DNA from: Trichodesmium erythraeum IMS101
Lineage (GTDB): Bacteria > Cyanobacteriota > Cyanobacteriia > Cyanobacteriales > Microcoleaceae
Assembly (NCBI RefSeq): GCF_000014265.1
Contig: NC_008312.1
Location: 1,800,001 to 1,832,000 of the forward strand
Length of the DNA stretch: 32,000 bases
Direction: 5' to 3'
Position 1 is the first letter of the stretch. Each line of letters opens with the position of its first letter. Shown piece by piece: positions 9,425 to 19,037 of this stretch. Made by a program: the position numbers and the translations under genes. The notes under the pieces are model-generated. The model worked only from the letters and a program-made list of their open reading frames with translations, searched no databases and was not told the origin of the DNA.

Positions 9425-10139
9425 AGTCAATATATGTTATTTAAGTATCGACGAGGAGGCAATTCTTGTCTAGTTTCTTTGATGAGAACTAAAGATTATT
9501 ATTAGTTAGGATTTACGCACTTCAAAGAAAATGGGTTTATTGTTCTGATTATTGTTTTAAGGAACGTAAATAAATTTCGTCGACCAACTCCGTTGCATAC
9601 ATAAGTCGTAGTTATGTTAAGCCTAGCTTAATATATGTAGAGTTCAGCAATACTATTAATTACTAATATAAAGTTGATAAGTTATGGTAAGGTATAGCAT
9701 TACGCAAATACCTTAGGACATTCATCTATTTCCTGTTACCTTATAACCTAAATTTCCCAGTCCTAAACAAAAGACGTAGTGCTATACTTATATTTATTTA
9801 TTTACTGTTAGAGTGTCTCCTATAGAAGTGTTTCCTAGTTCTCTTAAAGGTAAAATTTTGTACTTCACTCCTTGTAAAAATTACTAATACCTGATGGTTA
9901 ATTGTATTTTTCGTAAATTAGTAGTTAAACAAAATAAATTTCACAAATTAAGAAGCTTAAATCCAGTTCTTGTGTAAACTCCTGTTTTGTAAATAGCTAT
10001 GTGTTTAAATGTAAGTTATTAAGATATTAGCACATATATTTATTGGGGAAAAATATTTAATTATAGAAGTTCCTGCTTTTAACTTCAACCAACAGTAAAA
10101 AAATATATAAAGTAGTAGGAATTCTCAAAGGTTTTACTA

Positions 10140-10895
10140 ATGCAAACATTACGTCGTCGAGGCTTAAAACTGATGCGAAAAGCTGCATTGTTAGTTTTAG
10201 CAGTTAGTGCAGCTTTTTGGGTAAGACAAAATAAAGGTAGTTTATTTTTTGAAATTTACAATTGGCTCAGTCTACCATTTCAACCTAGTTCTGTTCAACA
10301 AGAAGTATTAGATAATGCTTATATTAAAGAACTAGAAATTAAATTACAAGAATTAGAGCAACAAAATAATAATCTCACCCAACTTTTGAACTATACAAAA
10401 ACTAAAAATTTGAAAGGAGTATTAGCTCCTGTTATAGGTAGAAGTGCAGATTATTGGTGGGAAAAAGTAACTTTGGGGAGAGGTAGTAAAGATAGTATTC
10501 AAGAGGGTTTTATTGTGATGGGAACTGGTGGTTTAGTAGGTAGAATAACTAGCGTTACAGCTCATACAAGCCAGGTATTATTAGTTAGTGATCCAACTAG
10601 TAAAGTTGGTGTGGGAATTATTCGCAGTCGTCAGATGGGTTTTATGAAGGGTCAGGGTAATGATACGGCTGTAATGGAGTTTTTTGATAATTCTCCTAAT
10701 ATTAAAGTTGGTGATGTTGTATCTACTTCTGCTTATAGTCAATTGTTTCCAGCGGGTTTGCCTGTAGGAACAGTTGAATCAATTAATTTAACTAATAATC
10801 CTGCTCCAGAAGCTATTATTAAGTTATCAGCTCCACTTAATATTTTGGAATGGGTAAATGTTTATCCAAACAAACCGAATCAAACGAAAAATTAA
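10140..10895 (+). CDS. mreC: Rod-shape-determining protein MreC
   Basis: An N-terminal membrane anchor is followed by a coiled coil (IKELEIKLQELEQQNNNL) and beta-rich domains with GMGVVTGGLVGRI-like and FPAGLPVG motifs. It lies downstream of mreB. Confidence 0.85.
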   Translation: MQTLRRRGLKLMRKAALLVLAVSAAFWVRQNKGSLFFEIYNWLSLPFQPSSVQQEVLDNAYIKELEIKLQELEQQNNNLTQLLNYTKTKNLKGVLAPVIGRSADYWWEKVTLGRGSKDSIQEGFIVMGTGGLVGRITSVTAHTSQVLLVSDPTSKVGVGIIRSRQMGFMKGQGNDTAVMEFFDNSPNIKVGDVVSTSAYSQLFPAGLPVGTVESINLTNNPAPEAIIKLSAPLNILEWVNVYPNKPNQTKN

Positions 10896-11021
10896 TTAAT
10901 AATGTAACAATTAAACCTAAGTTGAGATAACAATTCAATTACCTTTTTCCTGAAAACGTTGTTATGCTCAAAAATCTAACTATTAACTTATTTATAACTA
11001 TTAAAGGTACTTTCTAGTCAG

Positions 11022-11618
11022 ATGTCTAATCTATCTCAGCAAAAAATTTTTAAATTACTAATTATATTTACTTCTGTACTGTTTTTTTCATTGCTGTTGC
11101 TTACTCGTATTCCTGGAATGGAAATTTTAGGAATTGGACCTAACTGGTTATTAATTTGGTTAGTGACTTGGAGTAGTCATAGCTCCATTATAGGAGGTTT
11201 AGTAGCTGGCTTAATTTTAGGATTAATTCAAGATGCAATGACAGCTCCCTATCCTACTCATATTATTTCTTTAGTTTTTGTTGGATTTTTTACAGCTTTT
11301 TTACAAAAAAAACGCTACATACAGGAAGATTTTATTTCTATAGCCTTAGTGACATTTATTATGGCTATTATTACTGAAACTTTCATCGCAATTCAGTTTG
11401 GGTTAATGGGTAATCAAAGCTTTGCAGAAGTTTGGATTCACTATAAGCAAGTTGCCTTGGGTTCTGCTGTTATTAGTAGTCTTTGGGCTCCGGTTTTGTA
11501 TTTTCCTTTTAGTCAATTTTGGAAGGTAAAAAAAAATAACTACTATAATTTCAGTTCTCACTTAGGAGTACATCCAGCTTTAGCTTATAGCCAGAAAATC
11601 CTTGAATTTTTGGGTTAA
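11022..11618 (+). CDS. mreD: Rod-shape-determining protein MreD (polytopic membrane protein)
   Basis: This is a 198-aa multi-pass hydrophobic protein located 126 bp downstream of mreC. The call rests mainly on position and topology. Confidence 0.7.
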   Translation: MSNLSQQKIFKLLIIFTSVLFFSLLLLTRIPGMEILGIGPNWLLIWLVTWSSHSSIIGGLVAGLILGLIQDAMTAPYPTHIISLVFVGFFTAFLQKKRYIQEDFISIALVTFIMAIITETFIAIQFGLMGNQSFAEVWIHYKQVALGSAVISSLWAPVLYFPFSQFWKVKKNNYYNFSSHLGVHPALAYSQKILEFLG

Positions 11619-11883
11619 AGAAATATAAGGATTAAAATTAACTAATATTGCGGTTTTCACAGTAGCGTGTTAATTTAAATATTATAACTTACCTAATAGT
11701 GTATGAGGTATCTGTTGGATTAGTGACTAGCTCGTTCTGGAATGTGTTTTTATTAGAGCAAAAGGATAGAAGGGCGTTAAAGGCAGGTGCACGAGAACAT
11801 AAAAATCGGGTATCATCCAGGTGAGTAAATTCCACGTTTTGCACTAGTGGGTATCCTGAGAATATTTTAAATACCAACTATAT

Positions 11884-12762
11884 ATGCTAAAAAGTACAGA
11901 CTTGAAAAATGAGTCAGAAATGAGCCGAGTCAAAGTGTTAAGTGAAGCACTACCTTACATTCAAAAATTTACTGGTCGTAAGATAGTTGTGAAATATGGT
12001 GGTGCGGCTATGAGGGATAGTAATGTAAAAGATCAAGTAATGAGAGATATTGTATTATTGTCTTGTGTCGGTATACGTCCCATTGTTGTTCACGGTGGCG
12101 GTCCAGAAATTAACTCTTGGTTGGGTAAATTAGGAATTGAACCCCAGTTTAAGGATGGTTTGCGGGTTACTGATGCCTCTACAATGGAAGTAGTTGAGAT
12201 GGTATTAGTGGGAAAAGTTAATAAAGAAATTGTTTCTTTAATTAATCAAGCAGGAGGATGTGCGGTAGGTTTATGTGGTAAAGATGCCAGCTTAATTCAA
12301 GCACGTCCAGAAGGTATAGAAGGAATTGGTTTTGTTGGGGAAGTCAGCAATGTTAAGATAGATATTTTACAATCTCTAGTTGATAATGGCTATATTCCAG
12401 TAGTATCTAGTGTAGCAACTGACGAACAAGGACAAGCTTACAATCTTAATGCTGATACAGTGGCGGGTGAAATTGCTGCTGCTATGGAAGCAGAAAAGCT
12501 GATTCTACTTACAGATACAGCCGGAATTTTAGAAGATTATCATAATCCAGATAGTTTAATTGTTAAGTTGGATATCCAAGAAGCAAGAGAGTTGATTGAA
12601 AAAGGAATTGTATCCGGTGGTATGATTCCTAAAGTAAATTGTTGTGTCAGGAGTTTAGCTCAAGGAGTTCGAGCAGCTCATATTCTTGATGGTCGAGTTC
12701 CCCATGTACTTTTGCAGGAAATCTTGACAGATACTGGGGTTGGTTCAATGATAGTAGCTTAG
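11884..12762 (+). CDS. argB: N-acetylglutamate kinase
   Basis: [48 protein letters not shown] and [12 protein letters not shown] are signature ArgB motifs. Confidence 0.95.
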   Translation: MLKSTDLKNESEMSRVKVLSEALPYIQKFTGRKIVVKYGGAAMRDSNVKDQVMRDIVLLSCVGIRPIVVHGGGPEINSWLGKLGIEPQFKDGLRVTDASTMEVVEMVLVGKVNKEIVSLINQAGGCAVGLCGKDASLIQARPEGIEGIGFVGEVSNVKIDILQSLVDNGYIPVVSSVATDEQGQAYNLNADTVAGEIAAAMEAEKLILLTDTAGILEDYHNPDSLIVKLDIQEARELIEKGIVSGGMIPKVNCCVRSLAQGVRAAHILDGRVPHVLLQEILTDTGVGSMIVA

Positions 12763-12930
12763 GATGATTTTGAGATCTAGGTCTTGGCATAGGTCAAAAG
12801 TAGAAGTTTAAAAGTCTAAAATAATATTCGACTAAATTTGTTGGCATAAATATTCAGCACACAAAATTCACTAATGTCATGCCTCAAGATATTACTATTT
12901 ATATAGTATTTATATATTGTCTGAGTTAAC

Positions 12931-13464
12931 TTATTTTCTATCAGTCTTTTGTTTTGTTGAGGACTCTGAATTTAGATTAGAGTCTTTAGTTTCCGAGATA
13001 GGAGTAATATCTTTGCTGAGAAAATTATTCTGACTATTATTTTTGTCAGAATATGGTGAAAGATGCTTTAACTGCTTCCTCGTATTTTTTTTTCCTTGTT
13101 GTTGACAACTAAAAGTTTTCCAAGCTACTTTAATACCAGTAAAAATACTATTTGTGGTAGTTTTAACTTGCTTAGTTTGTTTACGAACATGACTGATTTT
13201 TTGATCGACTTGTTTGACTATTTCTCCTGCAGTTTGAACACTATCATTTATATCATCAGTTAGCTCACTAATTTCTATACCAGTAAGACGAATTGCTTCT
13301 AGGGTTGATGGTAGTTCACGAGCCAGGATATCAGCTAGTTTTTCTATACTACGAGCTGCCCTTGCTAATGCCAACATTGCAGGTAAAGTAACAATTAATA
13401 CAGTTGTCAGGCTAAATGCCACTAAGAATAAGGACAGTCCTAACCAAAATAGAGAATTATTCAC
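12931..13464 (-). CDS. DUF948-like membrane-anchored protein with a low-complexity polar tail
   Basis: The start is GTG. An N-terminal transmembrane helix is followed by LPAMLALARAARSIEKLADILARELPSTLEAIRLTG, a pattern I associate with DUF948. It is paired with a YtxH gene, as is common. Confidence 0.55.
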   Translation of the reverse strand: MNNSLFWLGLSLFLVAFSLTTVLIVTLPAMLALARAARSIEKLADILARELPSTLEAIRLTGIEISELTDDINDSVQTAGEIVKQVDQKISHVRKQTKQVKTTTNSIFTGIKVAWKTFSCQQQGKKNTRKQLKHLSPYSDKNNSQNNFLSKDITPISETKDSNLNSESSTKQKTDRK

Positions 13465-13693
13465 AAATATTTCGCGCTATGCAGGAGAATGATTATTTCC
13501 TATACCTGGATTATCTTAACAAGAATGAGTGCTTTTGAAACTCCAATAATCTTGAGAAAAATTTTATGCTTTTGACCAGTCTTCTCTATTACTACTAGAA
13601 CTCTGCAAAAGTCAAAAATAAAACAAATTCTTATCTATAAATAATCAATTACTTCTCCCTATTCCCTATTGTATCTTTTCTGGAGAAATATAC

Positions 13694-14017
13694 TCAAACT
13701 TCAGAGTTTTTGGTTTGTATTTGAGATAGTATTTTTCTCTCTTTTTGACTAGCTTCTAATCCAGCAGCGATAGCTTGTTTAAGTCTTTCTAAGATATCTT
13801 CCCAAGAATTAGTAGCAGAGTCTGAAAAACGGTCTGTTTGAAATTTGATACTTGTAGACAAATCTGTTGCAATTTGTGGAATAGCTGATGCTGATTTTTT
13901 CACCAACTGTCTTGCTTTTTTGCCAGTTCTAGGAGCTATTAATAACCCTGTTGCTGTACCTATGGCTGAACCTAGAAGTAAACCACTGATAAATAAACCA
14001 GATTTCTGATTGGACAT
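13694..14017 (-). CDS. YtxH-domain protein
   Basis: GLFISGLLLGSAIGTATGLLIAPRTGKKARQ is the characteristic YtxH N-terminal motif. Confidence 0.7.
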   Translation of the reverse strand: MSNQKSGLFISGLLLGSAIGTATGLLIAPRTGKKARQLVKKSASAIPQIATDLSTSIKFQTDRFSDSATNSWEDILERLKQAIAAGLEASQKERKILSQIQTKNSEV

Positions 14018-14194
14018 TTTTACAATTTATATATCTCTAAAACGTCTTCCCATATAAACTTATAACAATATTATAGACTTATAATATATAGATATATATT
14101 AATATTTTAAGCATAGTAATTTTTATTTTCCCATATTATAGCAGCCGAAGTAAAGATTAGGACATAATATAGAAAAAATTATCTAGAAAAGATT

Positions 14195-14560
14195 ATGCCT
14201 GTTCCTTATATATACGACTATTGACAAAAAGCTATTAATACCATTGATCATTGAATGAGTAAAACTCAAGAAGTTTCTATATTTAAAACTAGTCGTAATA
14301 CTATCAATATTTGGTTACATATAGCAATCCTATCTGAAAATTGAAAGTGATGGGCGCCTAGAAAGTACTTCTGCTAAAAAAAGAAAGAAAAAGGAGCAAG
14401 GGTTGGAGCTATTTTTCTAGAAAACTAGTAATTTTAATGAATGATTTAGGATTGTTATAGAAAAAGATAAACTGGTGATATAAGAGCAAAAATAGGTTAT
14501 CAAAAAGGATATTATCCTAAAATACTAGATTTAGAAAAATGATCGAGAATTTGTTCACAT
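14195..14560 (+). pseudogene. Relic of an IS630-family transposase (N-terminal HTH region, heavily decayed)
   Basis: The translation is MPVPYIYDY*QKAINTIDH*MSKTQEVSIFKTSRNTINIWL... with several stops. It parallels the MPxPYSYDLRxKxI...FxISRNTIxLWL N-terminus of cyanobacterial IS630 transposases as I recall it. Downstream similarity fades, so the 3' limit is approximate. Confidence 0.5.
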
Positions 14561-14646
14561 TAATGCTAGTAAAACTCAAAAATAAATGGCACTATTGCTA
14601 GAAGTCTCTTGGTAATAAAGTTCTTGGGCAAGAATATAAATCCAAG

Positions 14647-14958
14647 TTACTTTGAATGCCAAGTTCGACTCCAACGATGCCATAAATTTCTGAGCAACCA
14701 AAACATAGCTATTATTTGTTGAAGTTGTTGAACTTGTCCATCCAGTTGTTGATATAGGTGTCGTATTTGATTTACTTTTTGCTGTCGAAGTTGCAAAAAT
14801 TCAGGTGTTTTGGTGAGTATGTTACTGGTGTAATTATCTATGAGGCTAAGATTGCGTTCTACTTTTAATAATATTTGCCTAAATCTCCAGATTTTCCAAG
14901 CTAGAAAAAAGCCAAAAATTGATATAATTATATTTATTTCTATTACTAACCACAGCAT
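14647..14958 (-). CDS. Hypothetical small membrane-anchored coiled-coil protein
   Basis: The 103-aa ORF has an N-terminal transmembrane helix (IIISIFGFFLAWKIW) followed by a Gln-rich helix (LYQQLDGQVQQLQQII). I recognise no family. Confidence 0.4.
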   Translation of the reverse strand: MLWLVIEINIIISIFGFFLAWKIWRFRQILLKVERNLSLIDNYTSNILTKTPEFLQLRQQKVNQIRHLYQQLDGQVQQLQQIIAMFWLLRNLWHRWSRTWHSK

Positions 14959-15231
14959 CTTTTACTCCACAAAAAACTAGCGAGAATAACTCTTATAAAG
15001 AGTCTAATTATAGATTGACTATAATTTTCAGTAAGACCATATATTAGACCATTTTGAAAAAAAATTTTATAAATTAGTATCAGAAAATTATTACCTGGTA
15101 AATGTTATTCCTAATTTAGCTATTTTGAAAATTGGTATTAGCTGAAGAACTGGAATTTTTTCTATCTGCTAGATTTTTTTTAGTGACTAAAACAAAAAAA
15201 GTGTCTTAATTAAGAATAGGGCAAAACTAAG

Positions 15232-15348
15232 ATGAAATTTATTAATCTCAAGGTTGATTATGCTTTAAAAAAAAGCTTTGGCTCCAAGGAAAGCAAAGAA
15301 ATTTTAATCAGTTTTCTGGATGCAATAACTTATGATGGAGAAAAATAA
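15232..15348 (+). pseudogene. 38-codon stub of an Rpn-family / PD-(D/E)XK putative transposase gene
   Basis: MKFINLKVDYALKKSFGSKESKEILISFLDAITYDGEK* matches the very conserved N-terminus (MKFINPKTDFAFKKIFGS..SK.ILISFLNAI...) of the cyanobacterial Rpn/PD-(D/E)XK nuclease-transposase family as I remember it. The rest of the roughly 300-aa gene is absent. Confidence 0.55.
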
Positions 15349-15415
15349 TCAAGTTTTCACGGGTTAATTAGTACCTCGAAACTATTTTTAAATAAGTATC
15401 TATCTTTTTTCAGAT

Positions 15416-15580
15416 TTAGCAAGTTATGGGGCAAGAAGTTTTGAGCATTAGAGGTTCAATATTAGCAAACCTTGCATTTACACGCTTAAAAAAGCCTCCA
15501 GAAATTTCCTGGGCTTGGCCTTCTGGAACTTCAATTTCTACTAAAGTTTCATCATTTAGTTCAATCAGTTGGCTTGCCAT
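15416..15580 (-). pseudogene. Short ORF resembling the N-terminal half of a trypco2 (CU044_2847-like) protein; probably truncated
   Basis: From the internal ATG at 15580 the ORF reads MASQLIELNDETLVEIEVPEGQAQEISGGFFKRVNARFANIEPLMLKTSCPI. The pattern (short leader, IEL.D.TLVEIEV, ..ISGG.., F..I.P) recalls trypsin-co-occurring domain 2 proteins of about 100+ aa. Here the ORF stops after about 54 codons. Recognition is from memory only. Confidence 0.35.
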
Positions 15581-15712
15581 TACTCTGTTCTTTCCAAACA
15601 AAACTCTTTATTTAATTAAGGATACCAAAAATTTCAGATATTTAATAGAAGACATTTGAAGTCTTTATCTGGGACTAAATTTTTGAGGTAGGGAGTAGTC
15701 TGTGGACATAAT

Positions 15713-15775
15713 AAATATAGGAAATATAGGAAATATAGGAAATATAGGAAATATAGGAAATATAGGAAATATAGG
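15713..15775. repeat. Perfect tandem repeat, 7 copies of the 9-bp unit AAATATAGG
   Basis: Counted directly in the sequence. It is flanked by degenerate partial units (ta... on the left, aaaaaatata on the right) and lies 29 bp downstream of the recG stop. Confidence 0.95.
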
Positions 15776-15803
15776 AAAAAATATACCAATATAACCTATC
15801 ACC

Positions 15804-18287
15804 CTAATTTAAAATTGATCCCCCCATCATCTTCTGATACCGCCATTCCAACTCCTTTCTTAACAGGGGCCAACTATTAAGACTTTCATCCTTTTCCATC
15901 ACCTGTAAAGCAGCACCCCGCGCTAACTCCAAAACCTCCTGATCCTCAACCAAACTTGCCAAAGCAAAATCCGGTAACCCCGACTGCTTTGTTCCCAATA
16001 CCTGACCAGGACCTCTCAAACGCATATCCATTTCCGCAATAAAAAACCCATCCTGAGACTGCTCCAAAACCTTCAACCGTTCTGTAGCATCCGTCGAACC
16101 TGCACCCCTCATCAACAAGCAATAGGAATGGTGGACACCACGACCTACTCGTCCCCGTAACTGATGTAACTGAGATAAACCAAACCTTTCTGCATTTTCA
16201 ATTAGCATTACTGTGGCATTAGGTACATCTACCCCCACTTCCACCACAGTAGTAGATACTAAAATCTGAGTTTGATTATTCCGAAATGTACTAATAACTT
16301 GGTCTTTTTCTGCACTGCTCATTCTGCCATGCAACAAACCTATCTGAAACTCGGGAAAAATTTTTTCAGCTAATTTTTGATGTTCTTCTATTGCAGATTT
16401 CACATCCAATTTTTCTGACTCTTCAACTAAGGGTAAAACCACATAAACTTGTCTACCTTGAACTATTTCTCTGCGGATTAAATCATAAGCTTTTTTACGT
16501 TGTCTACCAGTCAAATTTGTTGTTTGAATTGGTTGTCTTCCTGGTGGTAGTTCATCTATTTGACTAACATCTAAATCTCCATGTAATGTCAAAGCTAAAG
16601 TTCTGGGAATAGGAGTAGCTGTCATTGCTAAAAAGTGGGGAGATTCACCTTTTTGCTGTAATTTTGCTCTTTGGTGAACCCCAAATCTGTGTTGTTCATC
16701 TATTACTACTAACCCTAATTTATGAAAGTTGACTGTATCTTGAATTAGGGCATGAGTACCGACTAATATTGGTAATTCTCCAGTCTCAAGTTGAGAGTAA
16801 ATTTCCCGGCGTTTTGCTATTTTTGTCGAACCTGTTAATAATTCAACTGGCAAATGTAAGAGATTAAACCAAGTAACTAATTTATCATAATGTTGTTCCG
16901 CTAATACTTCTGTTGGTGCCATTAAAGCAGCTTGATAACCAACTTGAACTGCTGCTAATATAGCAACTACTGCTACTACTGTTTTTCCAGCGCCCACATC
17001 TCCTTGTACTAATCTTTTCATTGGTTCAGGCTTTTGTAGATCCCTGAGAATTTCATTGACTACTCTTTTTTGAGCATTAGTTAATTGAAATGGCAGTAAT
17101 TTATAAAATTTTTTAATAAGTTTTCCTGTTACAGGTAGAGCTACTCCTATCTCTGTTTTTTTTTGCAGTTGCCGACGTTTTAATAAACCTAATTGTAGAT
17201 AAAAAAATTCATCAAAAACTAACCGACGGCGAGCTGCTGCTAAACAATCTCTATCTATAGGAAAATGAATATTTTTAATAGCATTTTTTAAATCTATTAA
17301 TTGATATTGATTCAAAAAAATTTCTGGTAATGTTTCTGAAAAATTTTCTGCTTTTGGTAAAATTTTAAATATTGCCCGTCTCACAACATCTGCTTCTACT
17401 CCTTCTGTTAAAGGATAAACTGGTACTAAACGACCAATTTTGATAGACTCAATTTCACTACCTTCACTATCCAAAACTTCTATTTCTGGATTATCTAAAT
17501 TTTTCCCATATTTAGTTTCTTTAACTAAACCGGAAGCAGCAACAGTTGCACCAACTGGATAGAATTTTTTTTGCATCATTTGCCAACCTTTATTACTAAA
17601 TCTAGGTCCGGCAAAAAAGCGACTAATTTTGATTTGCCCTGTAGAATCTGTAAGAGTAAGTTCGAGAATAGTTAATTTCTTATTTTTCGGACTAGAAAAA
17701 CAATTGAACCTTTTAATTTTACCGATAATAGTAACAGTTTCTCCTGCTTCTAAGTTACGAATATTTACTTGACGGGCATAGTCAATATGGTCTCTTGGGT
17801 AATAATAAAGTAAATCTCTAACTGTAGATAATCCTAATGTTGATAGGCGATCGCTATTTTTAATTCCGATACTTTTTACATCTTTAAGTAGCTGTTCTAA
17901 TTCCAGGTTATTGGTATATTTTTGTGAAAAATTAGAATTATCTTTTTGTATTTTTGCAGTTATTTCCAATGAATGAAATTCTAGTCTATCATTCTCTTTT
18001 TCTTTAACACATAAAGACTGCATTTGATTTAAAAAAATCTGAGTTTTTTCTAATAAATATTGCCGTTCTTCTCTAGTCATTTCTGGATACGAGACAAATT
18101 TTTTAGAAAACTTCTCAAATTTATCTTGATAACCTTTTAATATTATTGGTGGTTTACTTAAACTAATACTTAAAAAGTCATTAAATATATATTGTTTACC
18201 TTGGATATTTTGAAATCCACGTCCTGCTTCCACTAATAAAGCTTTTTTTAGTCTTTCCCAGTCTATCATTTCTTTTTCATTATTCAT
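15804..18287 (-). CDS. recG: ATP-dependent DNA helicase RecG
   Basis: Helicase motifs GDVGAGKT, DEQHRFG, TATPIPRT and QLRGRVGRG follow a wedge/OB region. At 827 aa with a long N-terminal extension, it is typical of cyanobacterial RecG. A HIP1 site lies inside it. Confidence 0.95.
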   Translation of the reverse strand: MNNEKEMIDWERLKKALLVEAGRGFQNIQGKQYIFNDFLSISLSKPPIILKGYQDKFEKFSKKFVSYPEMTREERQYLLEKTQIFLNQMQSLCVKEKENDRLEFHSLEITAKIQKDNSNFSQKYTNNLELEQLLKDVKSIGIKNSDRLSTLGLSTVRDLLYYYPRDHIDYARQVNIRNLEAGETVTIIGKIKRFNCFSSPKNKKLTILELTLTDSTGQIKISRFFAGPRFSNKGWQMMQKKFYPVGATVAASGLVKETKYGKNLDNPEIEVLDSEGSEIESIKIGRLVPVYPLTEGVEADVVRRAIFKILPKAENFSETLPEIFLNQYQLIDLKNAIKNIHFPIDRDCLAAARRRLVFDEFFYLQLGLLKRRQLQKKTEIGVALPVTGKLIKKFYKLLPFQLTNAQKRVVNEILRDLQKPEPMKRLVQGDVGAGKTVVAVVAILAAVQVGYQAALMAPTEVLAEQHYDKLVTWFNLLHLPVELLTGSTKIAKRREIYSQLETGELPILVGTHALIQDTVNFHKLGLVVIDEQHRFGVHQRAKLQQKGESPHFLAMTATPIPRTLALTLHGDLDVSQIDELPPGRQPIQTTNLTGRQRKKAYDLIRREIVQGRQVYVVLPLVEESEKLDVKSAIEEHQKLAEKIFPEFQIGLLHGRMSSAEKDQVISTFRNNQTQILVSTTVVEVGVDVPNATVMLIENAERFGLSQLHQLRGRVGRGVHHSYCLLMRGAGSTDATERLKVLEQSQDGFFIAEMDMRLRGPGQVLGTKQSGLPDFALASLVEDQEVLELARGAALQVMEKDESLNSWPLLRKELEWRYQKMMGGSILN
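17847..17854. repeat. HIP1 palindrome GCGATCGC
   Basis: Exact octamer read in the sequence, inside recG. Confidence 0.95.
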
Positions 18288-19037
18288 AGCATTTAATTTA
18301 AGAAATTATTTATATAATACTTTTTGCATCTATAAAATTTATTTTACTGGGTAGGGAGTAAGAAACAGAATAAATTCGGTAAAAGATATAAATATGATAG
18401 GGCATCTAAATCTAATACTTTCCGCAATTTTTATACTTTATTTACATTAAAAAAATGATAACTCTATAGTAATTTCACATATAATATTTATCTATTTTTA
18501 GCCTACTAATTAGGGCTTGCTAATCAAATTTAGAATAAATTAAATATAAAAACTTTAGCCTTTGAGTGCGGAAAAAAAATGTGGGCTTTTTGCTTATTTA
18601 ATCAGAAAATGTGAGAGTTTTTAGCAGACCAGAAAAATAAATTATGGGACAATTTTCCGAATATATCCTCCTTCCTTTCATCTAACTCCTGCCCTCATCC
18701 ATAAGACAAATTTCAACAAACCCTAACCCTAATTATAAAAAAGCAGTATTATATCAGTATTAAATACTACACTTAATATAACAACGAATTATAGAAGAAA
18801 ATTATAGCGGTTTTCACTTTTCTAATACAAAATTTATACCTGACTCATAAATGCATAAGTACCTTTAAGTTCAAATCTCTGTATTTTTGAGTAATGAAAA
18901 TTGCTATACGACTCGGAAAAAAATAAAAAAAACTTTTTAATCTTTTTTATTTGATATGAATTAATTATTTTATCTATTTTACTGTAAATTTCTTATGAAA
19001 TAATGTTTTTACCGCTCCCAAATCCCTATTTCCTTCT

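Noticed and set aside
11689-11877. 62-aa minus-strand TTG ORF upstream of argB as a real gene
   Set aside because: It has no recognisable family and a weak start. It is kept only as a compositional oddity (see the finding), not as a CDS.
11700-11880. Glutamine (glnA-type) riboswitch or other riboswitch upstream of argB
   Set aside because: A CGTTC...GGATAGAAGG resemblance caught my eye. The conserved core as I remember it (ACGGAAGTAGG and the closing GAAGGAACG) is absent, and no supporting helices could be drawn.
15713-15775. Possible CRISPR array
   Set aside because: The units are 9 bp and directly abutting, with no spacers, and there are no cas genes in the window. It is a simple tandem repeat.
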